Shown one piece after another: positions 54,803-64,000 of a DNA stretch of 64,000 bases. The stretch's first letter is position 1; each line of letters opens with the position of its first letter. The notes under the pieces are model-generated. The model saw only the letters and a list, made by a program, of their open reading frames with translations, did not search any database and was not told the origin of the DNA. Both the position numbers and the translations under genes were made by a program. The DNA comes from Anaerolineales bacterium (GTDB taxonomy: Bacteria; Chloroflexota; Anaerolineae; Anaerolineales; Villigracilaceae): NCBI GenBank assembly GCA_035699125.1, contig DASSBC010000078.1, forward strand, positions 13,603-77,602, read 5' to 3'.

Positions 54803-56023
54803 GTGAAAATTCTTTTTCTGACCCAAGTTTTGCCTTATCCGTTGGATGCAGGACCTAAAGTCCGTGCCTATTACACCCTGCGCCACCTTGCCAACAGAGG
54901 ACACGACATAACTTTAGTTTCGTTCGTGCGGAGTAACGATGAACCAGAGGCAATCGAGCATTTACGAAGCTATTGCAACCGTGTGGTTACCGTTCCGCTT
55001 CAACGAACACGCTGGCAGGATGGCCTGGCGCTCGGGCGCAGCCTCCTAACGGGAGAGCCCTTACTCATTGCACGCGATCACAGCGCGTTCATGTATCGGC
55101 AGATGCAGTCGCTCGTAGATGCACATCACTTTGATGCGATTCACGCGGATCAACTCTGGATGGCACCTTACGCCATGGCAGCACGGACAAGAGCTGAACG
55201 TCGGGGTGAGCAGCCGCGCCTGATCCTCGATCAACATAATGCCGTATTCCTGATCCCGCGCCGGCTGGCAGCCCAGGCGCGCAACCCGATTGCACGATTA
55301 GGCTATCATCGCGAAAGCGCTCGGATGGCCGCCTACGAGGCTCATACCTGCCTTGCATTCGACCGGGTTGTGACCGTGACTGATGAGGATCAGCGTTACC
55401 TGCTGCAACTGTACCGGAATGGCCACAAGCCGAATTTTGCAGGCGTCATCCCCATTTGTTTGGATCTTGAGTCGATTGCGGTTGTGCGCCCCTCGCCTAC
55501 ATTGGGCGAGATTTTGTTCATCGGTGGGATGCACTGGCCCCCTAACGCTGACGGTGTGGAATGGTTTACGCACCAGGTGCTGCCTTTGATACGAGCACGC
55601 GTTCCGGGGGCTCACTTCACAGCTGTGGGAAAACAGCCGCCCCACTCTCTACAGACCGAGGTGCTGGATGGCAGCATCCACTTGCCTGGCTATGTGGCTG
55701 ATCTTCAACCCTATTGGAGTCGCAGCAGTGTCTTTGTCGTTCCACTACGAGCAGGTGGGGGCATGCGGGTGAAAATTCTGGACGCCTGGGCGTCAGGTGT
55801 GCCAGTCGTTTCCACGATTGTGGGAGCCGAGGGGCTGGCTTGTTCTCCGGGAGATAATATTCTTTTGGCTGATTCAGCGGAAGAATTCGCCCAGGCTGTC
55901 CTCCAATTACTGACGGACCAAACACTAGCTGAGCGCCTTACTCAAGCCGGCCGCGCAACTTTCGAGCAGTATTACAACTGGCGAACAGTCTACACTGCCT
56001 GGGACGAAGTCTATAGTGGGTAG
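54803..56023 (+). CDS. GT4-family glycosyltransferase
   Basis: 406 aa, GTG start. ...VVPLRAGGGMRVKILDAWASGVPVVSTIVGAEGL.... Confidence 0.85.
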   Translation: MKILFLTQVLPYPLDAGPKVRAYYTLRHLANRGHDITLVSFVRSNDEPEAIEHLRSYCNRVVTVPLQRTRWQDGLALGRSLLTGEPLLIARDHSAFMYRQMQSLVDAHHFDAIHADQLWMAPYAMAARTRAERRGEQPRLILDQHNAVFLIPRRLAAQARNPIARLGYHRESARMAAYEAHTCLAFDRVVTVTDEDQRYLLQLYRNGHKPNFAGVIPICLDLESIAVVRPSPTLGEILFIGGMHWPPNADGVEWFTHQVLPLIRARVPGAHFTAVGKQPPHSLQTEVLDGSIHLPGYVADLQPYWSRSSVFVVPLRAGGGMRVKILDAWASGVPVVSTIVGAEGLACSPGDNILLADSAEEFAQAVLQLLTDQTLAERLTQAGRATFEQYYNWRTVYTAWDEVYSG

Positions 56024-56318
56024 AGAAACAAGGATCAAGCCAGCAAACAGGTTTTTGGGGGTTTTCTGAGATGCACGGAAGCTAAATCCGCCCCGAAGTA
56101 TCGGGAATTGACTTTGTTAAACTTTCTAATTTTCTGTTACAAAATTGAGATTGTTGCGTCATGACTATAATCCATTGGCTCGACAGCACAGGAGAACAGG
56201 AGATGTGCAGCCCATTGAAAGTGGGTGTTTTACCGGTTCGTCTCATGTGTGGACTATCATGTATCAACAAGATTGAAGAAGTTTACAACAACTATTATTA
56301 GCTGATGCAGAGAAACTT

Positions 56319-58013
56319 ATGGAACTGAACAAATATACCTTTCCATTGCGCAAATGGTGGTGGTTAGTGGTTGCCTCCACTTTGATAGCTGCTATTTTCA
56401 GCTCTCTGAGTGTTATGCGCCAGCCTGCGGTTTACCAGGCCCGCACGACGCTCATGATCGGCGCGACAATCAATAATCCTAACCCATCCAGCAATGACAT
56501 ACTTCTGGGCCAACAATTGGCCGCAGCTTACGCCGATCTTGGTAATCGAGAATTGGTTCGCAACGCAACGAGGAATGCCCTCGGGCTGAGTCAATTGCCA
56601 GAGTACATCGCTCAGGCATTACCCAATACCCAATTGATTGTGATCACCGTCAATGACATTGATCCGCTACGCGCTCAAACAGTTGCCAACGAATTAGCCG
56701 CTCAACTGATCCTTCTAAGCCCTGTCAGCAGCCAGTCTGAGGAACGAGGGCGGCAAGATTTCATTCACCAGCGCTTGAACAATCTCGAGGCACAGATTGA
56801 AGAAACCGAAGCTGAAATCGAAAAACTGCAGGAAGAACTGGCTGAAACGTTCAGCGCTCAGCAAATTAATGACAAAGAAAACCAGATTTCCTCCTTACAA
56901 TCAAAGCTGAGCGGTATGGAAAATAATTATGGTTTACTACTCTCTAATACACAACAAGGGGCGGTGAATACGCTAACGATCATTGCATCTGCTGAATTAC
57001 CATCCGATCCCATCGGGTCCATGAAAGGATTGACCATTCTGCTGGCGACAGTCGCTGGATTTGTTTTGGCAGCCGGTACAGCCTATCTGCTCGAGTATCT
57101 AGATGACACCTTGAAGTCCCCCAGCGATGTGATGCGCCTATTTTCAGCTCCTATTCTCGGTCGTATTTTTGAGCAGGAGGATAGGATGTATGAAAACCGA
57201 CTCTATGATGGGGATAATTCAAACCATCCGCTAACCGAACCATTCCGTGCCTTAAGGACGGAACTTGATTTAGCAGAAATGGGACAACGCCTGAAGACAA
57301 TTCTTATCACGAGCCCGGATAGCGGGGATGGAAAAACCTCGGTGGCTGTAAACCTGGCATTGTCCATGGCGCAAAGAGGAAAAAAGGTGTTCCTGCTCGA
57401 CGCTGACTTGCGCAAGCCAAAAATCCATAAACTTTTCAACTTGCCTAACGATGAGGGTCTGGCTGACGTGGTGTTTGCCCGCGCTGTCTTCGATTGGAGG
57501 GCTGGAATTAAGGAAGTCAGGCAAATAGCGGTGCTTACTGCCGGTAACACGCCTCCTGACCCCGCTGAGCTCTTGAGCTCGGAGAAAATGGAGCTATTCC
57601 TGTCTGAGTTGGAAGAACTCGCCGATGTTGTTATCATTGATGGGCCACCCTTGTTCGTCCCTGATGCGATGATCCTTGCCTCCAAGGTGGATGGGGTTCT
57701 ACTGGTGGTCAGACCTGCTCATACGCGCCAGTCTTTAGCGAAAGCCTCTATGGAGCATATCAAGATGGTGGGAGCCAAGGTGGTTGGAGTAGTTCTTAAT
57801 CGCATCCCTCTCCGCGGCGCAGATTTTTACGCTGGCAAGAGCTATCTCTATACTTACAGCAGCAGCTATGGGAATGAGCACGCAGGTAATGAAAAAAAGT
57901 TCTCAGGATCTATTTTCTTTGTAGATTTAGAGAAATTTATGGAAACCCTCTCACCTCATGCCAATAGAGTCACCAACTTTATTAAGCATCTTCGAAGTCG
58001 TTTTCAAACGTAG
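56319..58013 (+). CDS. Polysaccharide co-polymerase (Wzz domain) fused to BY-type tyrosine kinase (Wzc/CapAB-like)
   Basis: 564 aa. N-terminal TM, a coiled-coil periplasmic-type domain and a second TM. Walker A ITSPDSGDGKTSVAVNLA, Walker A' LLDADLRKP, Walker B VIIDGPP. C-terminal Tyr cluster YAGKSYLYTYSSSYG. Confidence 0.85.
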   Translation: MELNKYTFPLRKWWWLVVASTLIAAIFSSLSVMRQPAVYQARTTLMIGATINNPNPSSNDILLGQQLAAAYADLGNRELVRNATRNALGLSQLPEYIAQALPNTQLIVITVNDIDPLRAQTVANELAAQLILLSPVSSQSEERGRQDFIHQRLNNLEAQIEETEAEIEKLQEELAETFSAQQINDKENQISSLQSKLSGMENNYGLLLSNTQQGAVNTLTIIASAELPSDPIGSMKGLTILLATVAGFVLAAGTAYLLEYLDDTLKSPSDVMRLFSAPILGRIFEQEDRMYENRLYDGDNSNHPLTEPFRALRTELDLAEMGQRLKTILITSPDSGDGKTSVAVNLALSMAQRGKKVFLLDADLRKPKIHKLFNLPNDEGLADVVFARAVFDWRAGIKEVRQIAVLTAGNTPPDPAELLSSEKMELFLSELEELADVVIIDGPPLFVPDAMILASKVDGVLLVVRPAHTRQSLAKASMEHIKMVGAKVVGVVLNRIPLRGADFYAGKSYLYTYSSSYGNEHAGNEKKFSGSIFFVDLEKFMETLSPHANRVTNFIKHLRSRFQT

Positions 58014-58048
58014 CCCTCGTGGCGCTTTCACTGATTTGATTTTTACCT

Positions 58049-58080
58049 AGGCAAGGACTATTAACCTTGCCTGGTTTTTT
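58049..58080 (+). terminator. Rho-independent terminator after the Wzc-like gene
   Basis: AGGCAAGG (58049-58056), loop ACTATTAA, CCTTGCCT (58065-58072), followed by GGTTTTTT. Confidence 0.7.
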
Positions 58081-58209
58081 AATGAATCTCCGCGCTCAAA
58101 TATTTCCATTCAAGATAGAGCAGACGGGCACTTAGGCTGTAACATTACCGCCAGAGGATTTCATCTTTGGATTACAGAGACAATTGTTATCGATTGGCAA
58201 GCTCAATAC

Positions 58210-58575
58210 TTAATCGGATTGCACCTTGCCAGATAACGTGTGAGTGTCGGGATCGTAGCGCCCGCGCATTTCGTCGCTGAGGGTGCCTTCCCAGAGAGGC
58301 ACACCGGAGAGATACGCTGCTCTGGCGATCATATGCGCTGATACAGGCGTCGTAGAAAACGTGAAGATTACAATTGCGAGCGCGCGTACCCCGATGTCAA
58401 AGTCGCTGAAGGCAAGGGCGACCCCCAGCATAATCAGACCGACGCCCAGCGTCGCCGATTTCGTGCTACTATGCATCCGCGTGAGTACATCCGGCATGCG
58501 TACCATCCCGATGGCTGCCAGCAGCATGAAAACAGCACCCAACAGGAGCAGGATTAGACTTATGCCTTCGGCCAT
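58210..58575 (-). CDS. mnhG: Mrp/Mnh antiporter subunit G
   Basis: 121 aa. ...AAIGMVRMPDVLTRMHSSTKSATLGVGLIMLG..., typical MnhG motif. Last gene of the operon. Confidence 0.85.
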   Translation of the reverse strand: MAEGISLILLLLGAVFMLLAAIGMVRMPDVLTRMHSSTKSATLGVGLIMLGVALAFSDFDIGVRALAIVIFTFSTTPVSAHMIARAAYLSGVPLWEGTLSDEMRGRYDPDTHTLSGKVQSD

Positions 58576-58835
58576 GGTAATTCTCCTTTTTCAACATAGT
58601 AGGCAAACGCGACTGTGCCGAGAAACCCGATGAGCGCCAGGACGATTGCCACGTCGAGGAAAATGGGCTGCTGTGTGGCAACCGCATAGACGGCAATGAT
58701 CCCGACAGACAGGGATCCCATCATATCCAACGCCACCACGCGCGCGGGCAGGCTCGGACCGCGTACCAGCCGCACGAAAGTCAAAAACATGGCGAGAATC
58801 AATATGCCCAGAGTGATTTCAATCAGAATGTTCAT
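58560..58835 (-). CDS. mnhF: Mrp/Mnh antiporter subunit F
   Basis: 91 aa. ...FVRLVRGPSLPARVVALDMMG.... Overlaps mnhG by 16 nt. Confidence 0.85.
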   Translation of the reverse strand: MNILIEITLGILILAMFLTFVRLVRGPSLPARVVALDMMGSLSVGIIAVYAVATQQPIFLDVAIVLALIGFLGTVAFAYYVEKGELPWPKA

Positions 58836-58836
58836 C

Positions 58837-59331
58837 TCAACCTTTCTTGATCTTAGTTCCGCGCAGCAGCCTCAGGATGCGGCGCTCCCCACCCTGTTTG
58901 ATCTCCCGCCTCATCGCATCGGCATCCGGCGCATACATGACATGGACGAACATCACGCTCCGGTCACTGGAAATATCCAGAACGACAGAGCCTGGCGTGA
59001 GATTAATAAAATAGGTAAGCGCCATAATCTCCGCATCGGTTCGCGCTGCGAGGGGAATACCAATCACCCGCGGCTGCATATGAAAGCCGGGGGTCAACAC
59101 ATCATACGCTACACGCAGATTGGCCAGGAGAAGTTCCCACAGGAAAAAGAGCACAAAGCGGATCACCTGCCAAACCTTCACAAAGTAATCAGAGGGTTCC
59201 AGGGCACGCCGTATCACGAACAGCGCTCCATACCCCAGGACAAACCCAGTCAATAAATTCGACGGCTGGAAATTCCCCGTGAGCGCCCCCCAGGACAGCG
59301 CAAGCACGATGTTCAGGAAGAAGGGACTCAC
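58837..59331 (-). CDS. mnhE: Mrp/Mnh antiporter subunit E
   Basis: About 164 aa from GTG 59331-59329, which overlaps the mnhD stop as [25 protein letters not shown]... is a typical MnhE N-terminus. The track ORF (to 59550) is an upstream extension lying inside mnhD. Confidence 0.8.
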   Translation of the reverse strand: MSPFFLNIVLALSWGALTGNFQPSNLLTGFVLGYGALFVIRRALEPSDYFVKVWQVIRFVLFFLWELLLANLRVAYDVLTPGFHMQPRVIGIPLAARTDAEIMALTYFINLTPGSVVLDISSDRSVMFVHVMYAPDADAMRREIKQGGERRILRLLRGTKIKKG

Positions 59332-60833
59332 GGACCGCCTCCCATCACCGCCTGGATGTAGATCGATGGATTCATCAACTGCTCGCCAGCCTGCAGAGCG
59401 AACCTGAACAGGGGTCCTGCTCCGAGCCCGATCAGCACTGTGAGCCCGGCGAGGAAAGCAATCGGATACAACCAGGCGCGGACATTCAGCCCGAACGGTA
59501 GCGTGTCCACCTCGGACAGCATCCCCGGTTTCCAGAATGCCTCCGCCCACAGCTTGAGCATCGAAAAAAGCGTAAGAATGCTCACGCCCAGCGCGATTGC
59601 CACTAACACGTATTGTTGAGTCTCTAGTCCGGCGCGCACCAGACTCAACTTGGCAAAGAAGCCGGAGAGTGGCGGAATGCCGACCAGCGACATTGACGGG
59701 ACGAGGAATAACAACGCCAGAATCGGGTGCGCACGGTATAAACCGCCGAGTTTCTTCAATTCCGGCGTCCCTCCCAGTCGCTCCACCACACCGCTCACCA
59801 AGAAGAGGTTAGTCTTCGCGATGATGTGGTGGGCGGTGTAGAACACCGCACCCGCTAGAGCGAGCGGTGTGAACAAGCCAAGCCCCATGATCATATAGCC
59901 AATATGGCTGATGATCAGAAAGGACAAGACACGTCGGAACTCGTTCTGCGCTGCCGCGCCTACCACCCCACTGACCATCGTCAGAGCCGCGACAGCCAGG
60001 AGCAGGCTGTGGGTGTATCCGGTATCCTGTAGAAAGATCAGCGTAAAGACTCGGATCAACGCATAGACGCCCACCTTGGTCAGCAACCCGGCAAAGAGCG
60101 CCGAGACCGCGGCTGGCGGTGTGTGATAGGAAGCAGGCAGCCAGAAGAACAGGGGGAAGACCGCGGCTTTGATCCCAAAGGCAACCATGAATAGCATAGC
60201 CACTGCGGTCACCAGGCCGGGCGACTGTGATGGGGGATTCACAGAAAACTTTTGCGCCAAGTCTGCCATATTGAGCGTGCCAGCCATCCCATACAACAGA
60301 CCCAGCGCGGAGAGGAACATCGCCGAGGACACCAGGTTGAGTGCCACATACTTGATCGCGCCTTCCATCTGACCACGGTCGCCTCCCAGCGCCATCAACA
60401 CGAAGGAAGCCATCAGCATGACTTCAAACCACACATAGAGGTTGAACAGGTCACCTGTCAGAAAAGCGCCACAAACACCCATCAACAGGAAGTGATACAG
60501 AGGATGATAGCCAAATTGCTCGCGCTGCCTGTCGATACTGACCAGCGCGTAGGCTGCGACAGCCATCCCGACGATGCCAGCGAGCAAAACCATCACAGCA
60601 CCAAACAGGTCCGCCACTAGCGGGATGCCATAAGGTGCCGGCCAGCCGCCCATTTGCGCTGCCTGGATCCCGTTCCGCCGAACATCGAAAACGAGGGCAA
60701 TGGAGGCAACAAGCAATGCGACTGTCCCCATCAGGCTCACTAGACGTTGTGTGTGCAGGGCATATCGAAAAAATAATGTTAGGATGCCCGTAAGCATGGG
60801 GATGATGATCGGTAAGAGGAGCAGTACATTCAT
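59328..60833 (-). CDS. mnhD: Mrp/Mnh antiporter subunit D (NuoM/N-like)
   Basis: 501 aa polytopic protein in the proton-conducting NuoL/M/N family (...[19 protein letters not shown]...). Confidence 0.9.
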   Translation of the reverse strand: MNVLLLLPIIIPMLTGILTLFFRYALHTQRLVSLMGTVALLVASIALVFDVRRNGIQAAQMGGWPAPYGIPLVADLFGAVMVLLAGIVGMAVAAYALVSIDRQREQFGYHPLYHFLLMGVCGAFLTGDLFNLYVWFEVMLMASFVLMALGGDRGQMEGAIKYVALNLVSSAMFLSALGLLYGMAGTLNMADLAQKFSVNPPSQSPGLVTAVAMLFMVAFGIKAAVFPLFFWLPASYHTPPAAVSALFAGLLTKVGVYALIRVFTLIFLQDTGYTHSLLLAVAALTMVSGVVGAAAQNEFRRVLSFLIISHIGYMIMGLGLFTPLALAGAVFYTAHHIIAKTNLFLVSGVVERLGGTPELKKLGGLYRAHPILALLFLVPSMSLVGIPPLSGFFAKLSLVRAGLETQQYVLVAIALGVSILTLFSMLKLWAEAFWKPGMLSEVDTLPFGLNVRAWLYPIAFLAGLTVLIGLGAGPLFRFALQAGEQLMNPSIYIQAVMGGGP

Positions 60834-60868
60834 AGCGGTCTAGATCTCAGGAAATTTTCGAAAAGCAT

Positions 60869-61216
60869 CTAAGCATCCGTAGTTTGCATTTGATCGAGGT
60901 CGTCGGTGCCTACGCTGCGATATGCCCGAAACGCCAGCGCCAGCGCAAAAGCGGTGACCCCAAAGCTGATCACGATGGCGGTGAGGATGAGTGCCTGCGG
61001 TATTGGATCGGCAAATGGCGGCTCGAGCACAGACTCATTCATACTGATCACGGGCGCCCTCCCCCGTGTCAGCCTGGCGACAGTAAAGATCAGCAGATTC
61101 GTCCCATGGCTCATCAGGGATAGACCGATAAGCAACTTCAACAGGCTGCGCCGAAGCAGCATGTAGATCCCTGCGGCAAATAGCCCCCCAATCACAAATG
61201 CCAATATGATTTCCAT
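60869..61216 (-). CDS. mnhC: Mrp/Mnh antiporter subunit C (NuoK-like)
   Basis: 115 aa, three helices. ...[17 protein letters not shown].... Confidence 0.85.
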   Translation of the reverse strand: MEIILAFVIGGLFAAGIYMLLRRSLLKLLIGLSLMSHGTNLLIFTVARLTRGRAPVISMNESVLEPPFADPIPQALILTAIVISFGVTAFALALAFRAYRSVGTDDLDQMQTTDA

Positions 61217-61219
61217 GAT

Positions 61220-61636
61220 TTATTCGGTCTCCTCCAGAGCAAAAATAATGGATAATGTCACGCCGATCACAACTAGATACACGCCCAAATCAAAAAGCAC
61301 TGGAGTGCCCACATCGACAGCGGGAAAGCCCGGCAACCTGAGAGACCCCCACCTACTGGTAAGGAATGGATCGCCGGCGAATAGACTCAGTACGCCGCTA
61401 ACAAGAGCGGTCAGCAAGCCTGTGGCGATCAGCACATGAGTTTCCACGTGCAGTATCCGGCGGGCTTCTGCTGCACCAAACGCGATCGAGAAGAGAGCGA
61501 AGGGAACTGCCGCCACCAGGCCGCCTGCAAACCCGCCACCGGGTTGGTTATGTCCACGCCAGAACAGGAAGACAGAGAAGAGCAGTAGCAGCGGCGTCAG
61601 GTAGCGGGCTGTCGTTCGCAGGATAAGGGAGGTCAT
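61220..61636 (-). CDS. mnhB: Mrp/Mnh antiporter subunit B
   Basis: 138 aa. ...[21 protein letters not shown]..., typical MnhB motif. Overlaps mnhA by 4 nt. Confidence 0.85.
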   Translation of the reverse strand: MTSLILRTTARYLTPLLLLFSVFLFWRGHNQPGGGFAGGLVAAVPFALFSIAFGAAEARRILHVETHVLIATGLLTALVSGVLSLFAGDPFLTSRWGSLRLPGFPAVDVGTPVLFDLGVYLVVIGVTLSIIFALEETE

Positions 61637-63942
61637 TCGGCATCTCCTGTTTTGTCACTCTTGGAGGCCGCAGACAGCTTCAACAATACATACACTCCAA
61701 TCGCAGCAATACCCAGCACTGTGATCTCACCCATCGTATCGAACGCTCGGAAATCCACAAGGATCACATTGACGATGTTGCGCCCATGTCCCAACGGCAG
61801 GGCATTCTCAACAAAATAATCCGATATGCTCGGGTAGAACAAAACCCCCGTCGCCGAGAGCACCAGAGCAGTCATTAGACCCCCAGCCAGCAACGCGATC
61901 CCTATATCCCGAACTCTAGAGCGTCTGGAACTCAGTTGTGTAAACTGCGGCAGGTGGTAAAAAGCCAGGACGAACAAGATGACCGTGAGCGATTCAATCA
62001 GGAATTGAGTCATCGCCAGATCGGGCGCGCCGTACAGGATGTAGATCAAGGACACACCATACCCAACCACCCCCAGCGATGCAACTGCAGCGAGTCGGGA
62101 CTGGACAATGGTCGCTACGAGCGCTGCCGCCAGGATCAGGGCGCCAAGGGCTACTTCATAAAAACGGATGTCGGTCACGCCTCGCGGAAAATCCCATCCA
62201 TCACGAGTGAACAGGGTAAAGCCGACCAGCCCTGTAGCAACGACCATGAGTGTCATAATGTAATAGCGCAGGTATCCACTCTGGAACAGGCGCGTGAGCT
62301 CGCGAGCCAGCACATTGAATGCGCCCAGTGCCCGATCGTACAGGAAGGAGGGCCCCCAGGGCCAGACAAGGCGTAAAAGTCCAGAACGGAGTGGTTGACG
62401 CGCCGCGAACAATCCGGTGCCAACTGCCACCGTCGCAATACTAAGAAGGAAGGCTGGATTCACTCCATGCCACAACGCCAGCGTAAGGTCGGTCGGCTCG
62501 CCGATGGCTGCGGAAGCCGCGGGGCTGATCAGAGGCGCACTGATAATCGCGGGAAAGATACCGAAAAGCAGACTTAGCGTTGCCAAGATCAGAATGCCGG
62601 CCCACATGCTGGGGGGCGTCTCATGCGGAGACCTTGTGGTTTGTTTCCGTTCTCCCCAGAAGGGTCCCATGCCCGTGACTCCGGCGACGAAGACAAACGA
62701 TAGCCCCGCAAAGATGACAGCGCCAGTGATCCATGGACCAAATTCGAGCGCGACCTCGTATGACATTTCCTTAGAGATGAAACCAAACAAAGGAGGCAAG
62801 CCTGCCATCGAGAGCGCCGCGAGCCCTGCGCCAATGGCTGTGAGTTTCATCACCGGGAATAATCCGCCCAGCTGCATGATGTCGCGCGTGCCCGTCTCAT
62901 GATCTAATGCCCCGGCCACGAGGAAGAGCGCGCCTTTGTATAGGCCGTGTGCCAGCAGCAGCACAACCGCCGCCTGGAGTGCATGCGGCGAGCCGAGACC
63001 GATCAAAAGTGTCAGCATTCCCAGTGCGCTCACTGTGGAATAGGCGAGCAATCGTTTTAGATCCGTCTGCTGCAGCGCGAGATAGCCGCCGAGCAGCATC
63101 GTCGCCGCCCCGATTCCCCCAACCCCATAGAGCCACAGATCTGTCCCATTGAGCGCGGGCCCCAGGCGAGCCAGCAGGTACACACCGGCTTTCACCATCG
63201 TTGCCGAATGCAAATAGGTACTGACAGGTGTCGGCGCTTCCATAGCGTTCGGCAGCCAGAAGTGGAACGGGAACTGCGCAGATTTGGTAAACGCGGCCAG
63301 TAAAATCAATACGACAGCGGGCAGATAAAAAGGACTGGCACGTATCACATCGTCCTGCTTCAATAGTGTAGAAAATTCCAACGTTCCCCCGGCCTGCCCG
63401 AGAAGCAGAAGACCTGCCAGCAACACCAGCCCACCGCCAGCAGTGATGAGGAATGCCTGCTGCGCGGCAGCCCGGGCGGTTTCGCGTTCATGCTCAAAAC
63501 CAATGAGCATGTAAGAACTGATGCTGGTCAGCTCCCAAAACATAAATAACAGGAGCATGTTCTCCGCCAGGGCGAGTCCAAGCATAGACCCCATAAAGAC
63601 TAAGAGCCAGGCATAGAACTTCTCCAGATCGGGGTTTCCCCTTAGATAGCCTCCTGCATAGATCACGACCAGTGTCCCTACCCCGCTGATCAGGAGGGCG
63701 AAAAGCAGTCCCAGACCATCCGCACGAAATGAGAAAAACAGCCCGAGCTCCGGCGACCAGGGAATAGAAAATGCCGCCGGCTGCCCCTCAGCAGCAAGTG
63801 GCAAAAGACTGATCAAATACAGCGTCACCGCTGCTGGCAAGATCGCCAAAATCCAACCCGCCCCATTGCCTGCGCGCCGTACCAGCCAGGGCGCAGCAAA
63901 GGCAAGCCCAAGAACGGAGACAACTGCGAGAGCCAGGATCAT
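61633..63942 (-). CDS. mnhA: Mrp/Mnh antiporter subunit A (NuoL-like, with C-terminal MnhB-like extension)
   Basis: About 769 aa from the ATG at 63942, preceded by GAGGGGGA. ...[29 protein letters not shown].... The track ORF starts 14 codons upstream, at 63984. Confidence 0.9.
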   Translation of the reverse strand: MILALAVVSVLGLAFAAPWLVRRAGNGAGWILAILPAAVTLYLISLLPLAAEGQPAAFSIPWSPELGLFFSFRADGLGLLFALLISGVGTLVVIYAGGYLRGNPDLEKFYAWLLVFMGSMLGLALAENMLLLFMFWELTSISSYMLIGFEHERETARAAAQQAFLITAGGGLVLLAGLLLLGQAGGTLEFSTLLKQDDVIRASPFYLPAVVLILLAAFTKSAQFPFHFWLPNAMEAPTPVSTYLHSATMVKAGVYLLARLGPALNGTDLWLYGVGGIGAATMLLGGYLALQQTDLKRLLAYSTVSALGMLTLLIGLGSPHALQAAVVLLLAHGLYKGALFLVAGALDHETGTRDIMQLGGLFPVMKLTAIGAGLAALSMAGLPPLFGFISKEMSYEVALEFGPWITGAVIFAGLSFVFVAGVTGMGPFWGERKQTTRSPHETPPSMWAGILILATLSLLFGIFPAIISAPLISPAASAAIGEPTDLTLALWHGVNPAFLLSIATVAVGTGLFAARQPLRSGLLRLVWPWGPSFLYDRALGAFNVLARELTRLFQSGYLRYYIMTLMVVATGLVGFTLFTRDGWDFPRGVTDIRFYEVALGALILAAALVATIVQSRLAAVASLGVVGYGVSLIYILYGAPDLAMTQFLIESLTVILFVLAFYHLPQFTQLSSRRSRVRDIGIALLAGGLMTALVLSATGVLFYPSISDYFVENALPLGHGRNIVNVILVDFRAFDTMGEITVLGIAAIGVYVLLKLSAASKSDKTGDAE

Positions 63943-64000
63943 GCTTTCCCCCTCGCCAGGAGCCGGGTTGAACCCACCAAACATAGGAACCGTCTCTCTG

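Noticed and set aside
56166-56171. Perfect TATAAT about 150 nt upstream of the Wzc-like gene
   Set aside because: There is no convincing -35 at 16-18 nt spacing (the best is TTGAGA at 15 nt). A lone hexamer in AT-rich DNA is weak evidence, so it is not listed as a feature.
58696-59256. 186-aa plus-strand ORF across mnhF/mnhE
   Set aside because: It is antisense to two conserved Mrp subunit genes in an intact seven-gene operon.
59332-59550. N-terminal extension of the mnhE ORF (track start 59550)
   Set aside because: The extension lies inside mnhD. The GTG at 59331 overlaps the mnhD stop (GTGA) and yields the normal MnhE length of about 160 aa.
58210-63942. Mrp operon as part of the unusual system
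   Set aside because: The gene order A-B-C-D-E-F-G, the subunit sizes and the overlaps are canonical. The operon is on the opposite strand, GC-richer, and separated from the locus by a classical terminator. I treat it as ordinary housekeeping that marks the right border.
1-64000. Mobile elements, prophage, defence systems or toxin-antitoxin pairs
   Set aside because: No ORF shows transposase (DDE), integrase (R-H-R-Y), nuclease/helicase defence or phage structural motifs. No terminal inverted repeats were noticed flanking any block. The accessory character of the region is explained by glycan biosynthesis genes.

Overview
Most of this 64-kb window (about 1-58,000) is one very large cell-surface glycan biosynthesis and decoration locus. 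A seven-gene Mrp/Mnh multisubunit cation:proton antiporter operon bounds it on the right (58,210-63,942, minus strand).

Left arm, minus strand, 1-11,110: GT2 and GT4 glycosyltransferases, a Wzy/O-antigen-ligase-like protein with TPR repeats, a B12-type radical SAM enzyme, a membrane GT2 of the polyprenyl-phosphate type, heptose genes (gmhA, hddA, with gmhB divergent on the plus strand), and a WbaP-type initiating phosphoglycosyl transferase.

An unusually long (about 1.46 kb), AT-rich, ORF-free divergent region (11,111-12,574) separates this arm from the right arm.

Right arm, plus strand, about 45 kb, tightly packed:
- a carbamoyltransferase flanked by two tiny membrane proteins;
- a DltA-like adenylating ligase, a DltC-like carrier protein, an MBOAT-SGNH fusion and four further membrane-anchored SGNH/GDSL-like paralogues;
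- two Wzy-like and three GT-C-like polytopic membrane proteins;
- two membrane-anchored BNR/Asp-box propeller proteins;
- one intact sulfatase-like gene and one decayed one;
- an acyl-CoA-dehydrogenase / CPA2 antiporter / flavin-halogenase-like / type II HAD block;
- a Wzm/Wzt ABC exporter;
- a Cys/His-rich orphan secreted protein;
- an S8 protease;
- five more GT4/GT2 genes, including a tandem duplication and a GT4-GT2 fusion;
- a Wzc-type chain-length/tyrosine-kinase protein.

I found no rRNA, tRNA, CRISPR array, transposase, integrase or phage gene.

The most interesting hypothesis is that a carrier-protein-bound (amino)acyl group is tailored by the dehydrogenase and halogenase-like enzymes, then exported through the MBOAT to decorate an extracellular glycan.

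The organism cannot be identified from the sequence alone. The absence of any outer-membrane export gene and the Pro/Thr-linker, C-terminally anchored exoproteins would fit a monoderm such as a Chloroflexota-like bacterium, but that is a low-confidence guess.

All protein family calls come from motifs I recognised by eye in the supplied or hand-made translations. No database search was run.
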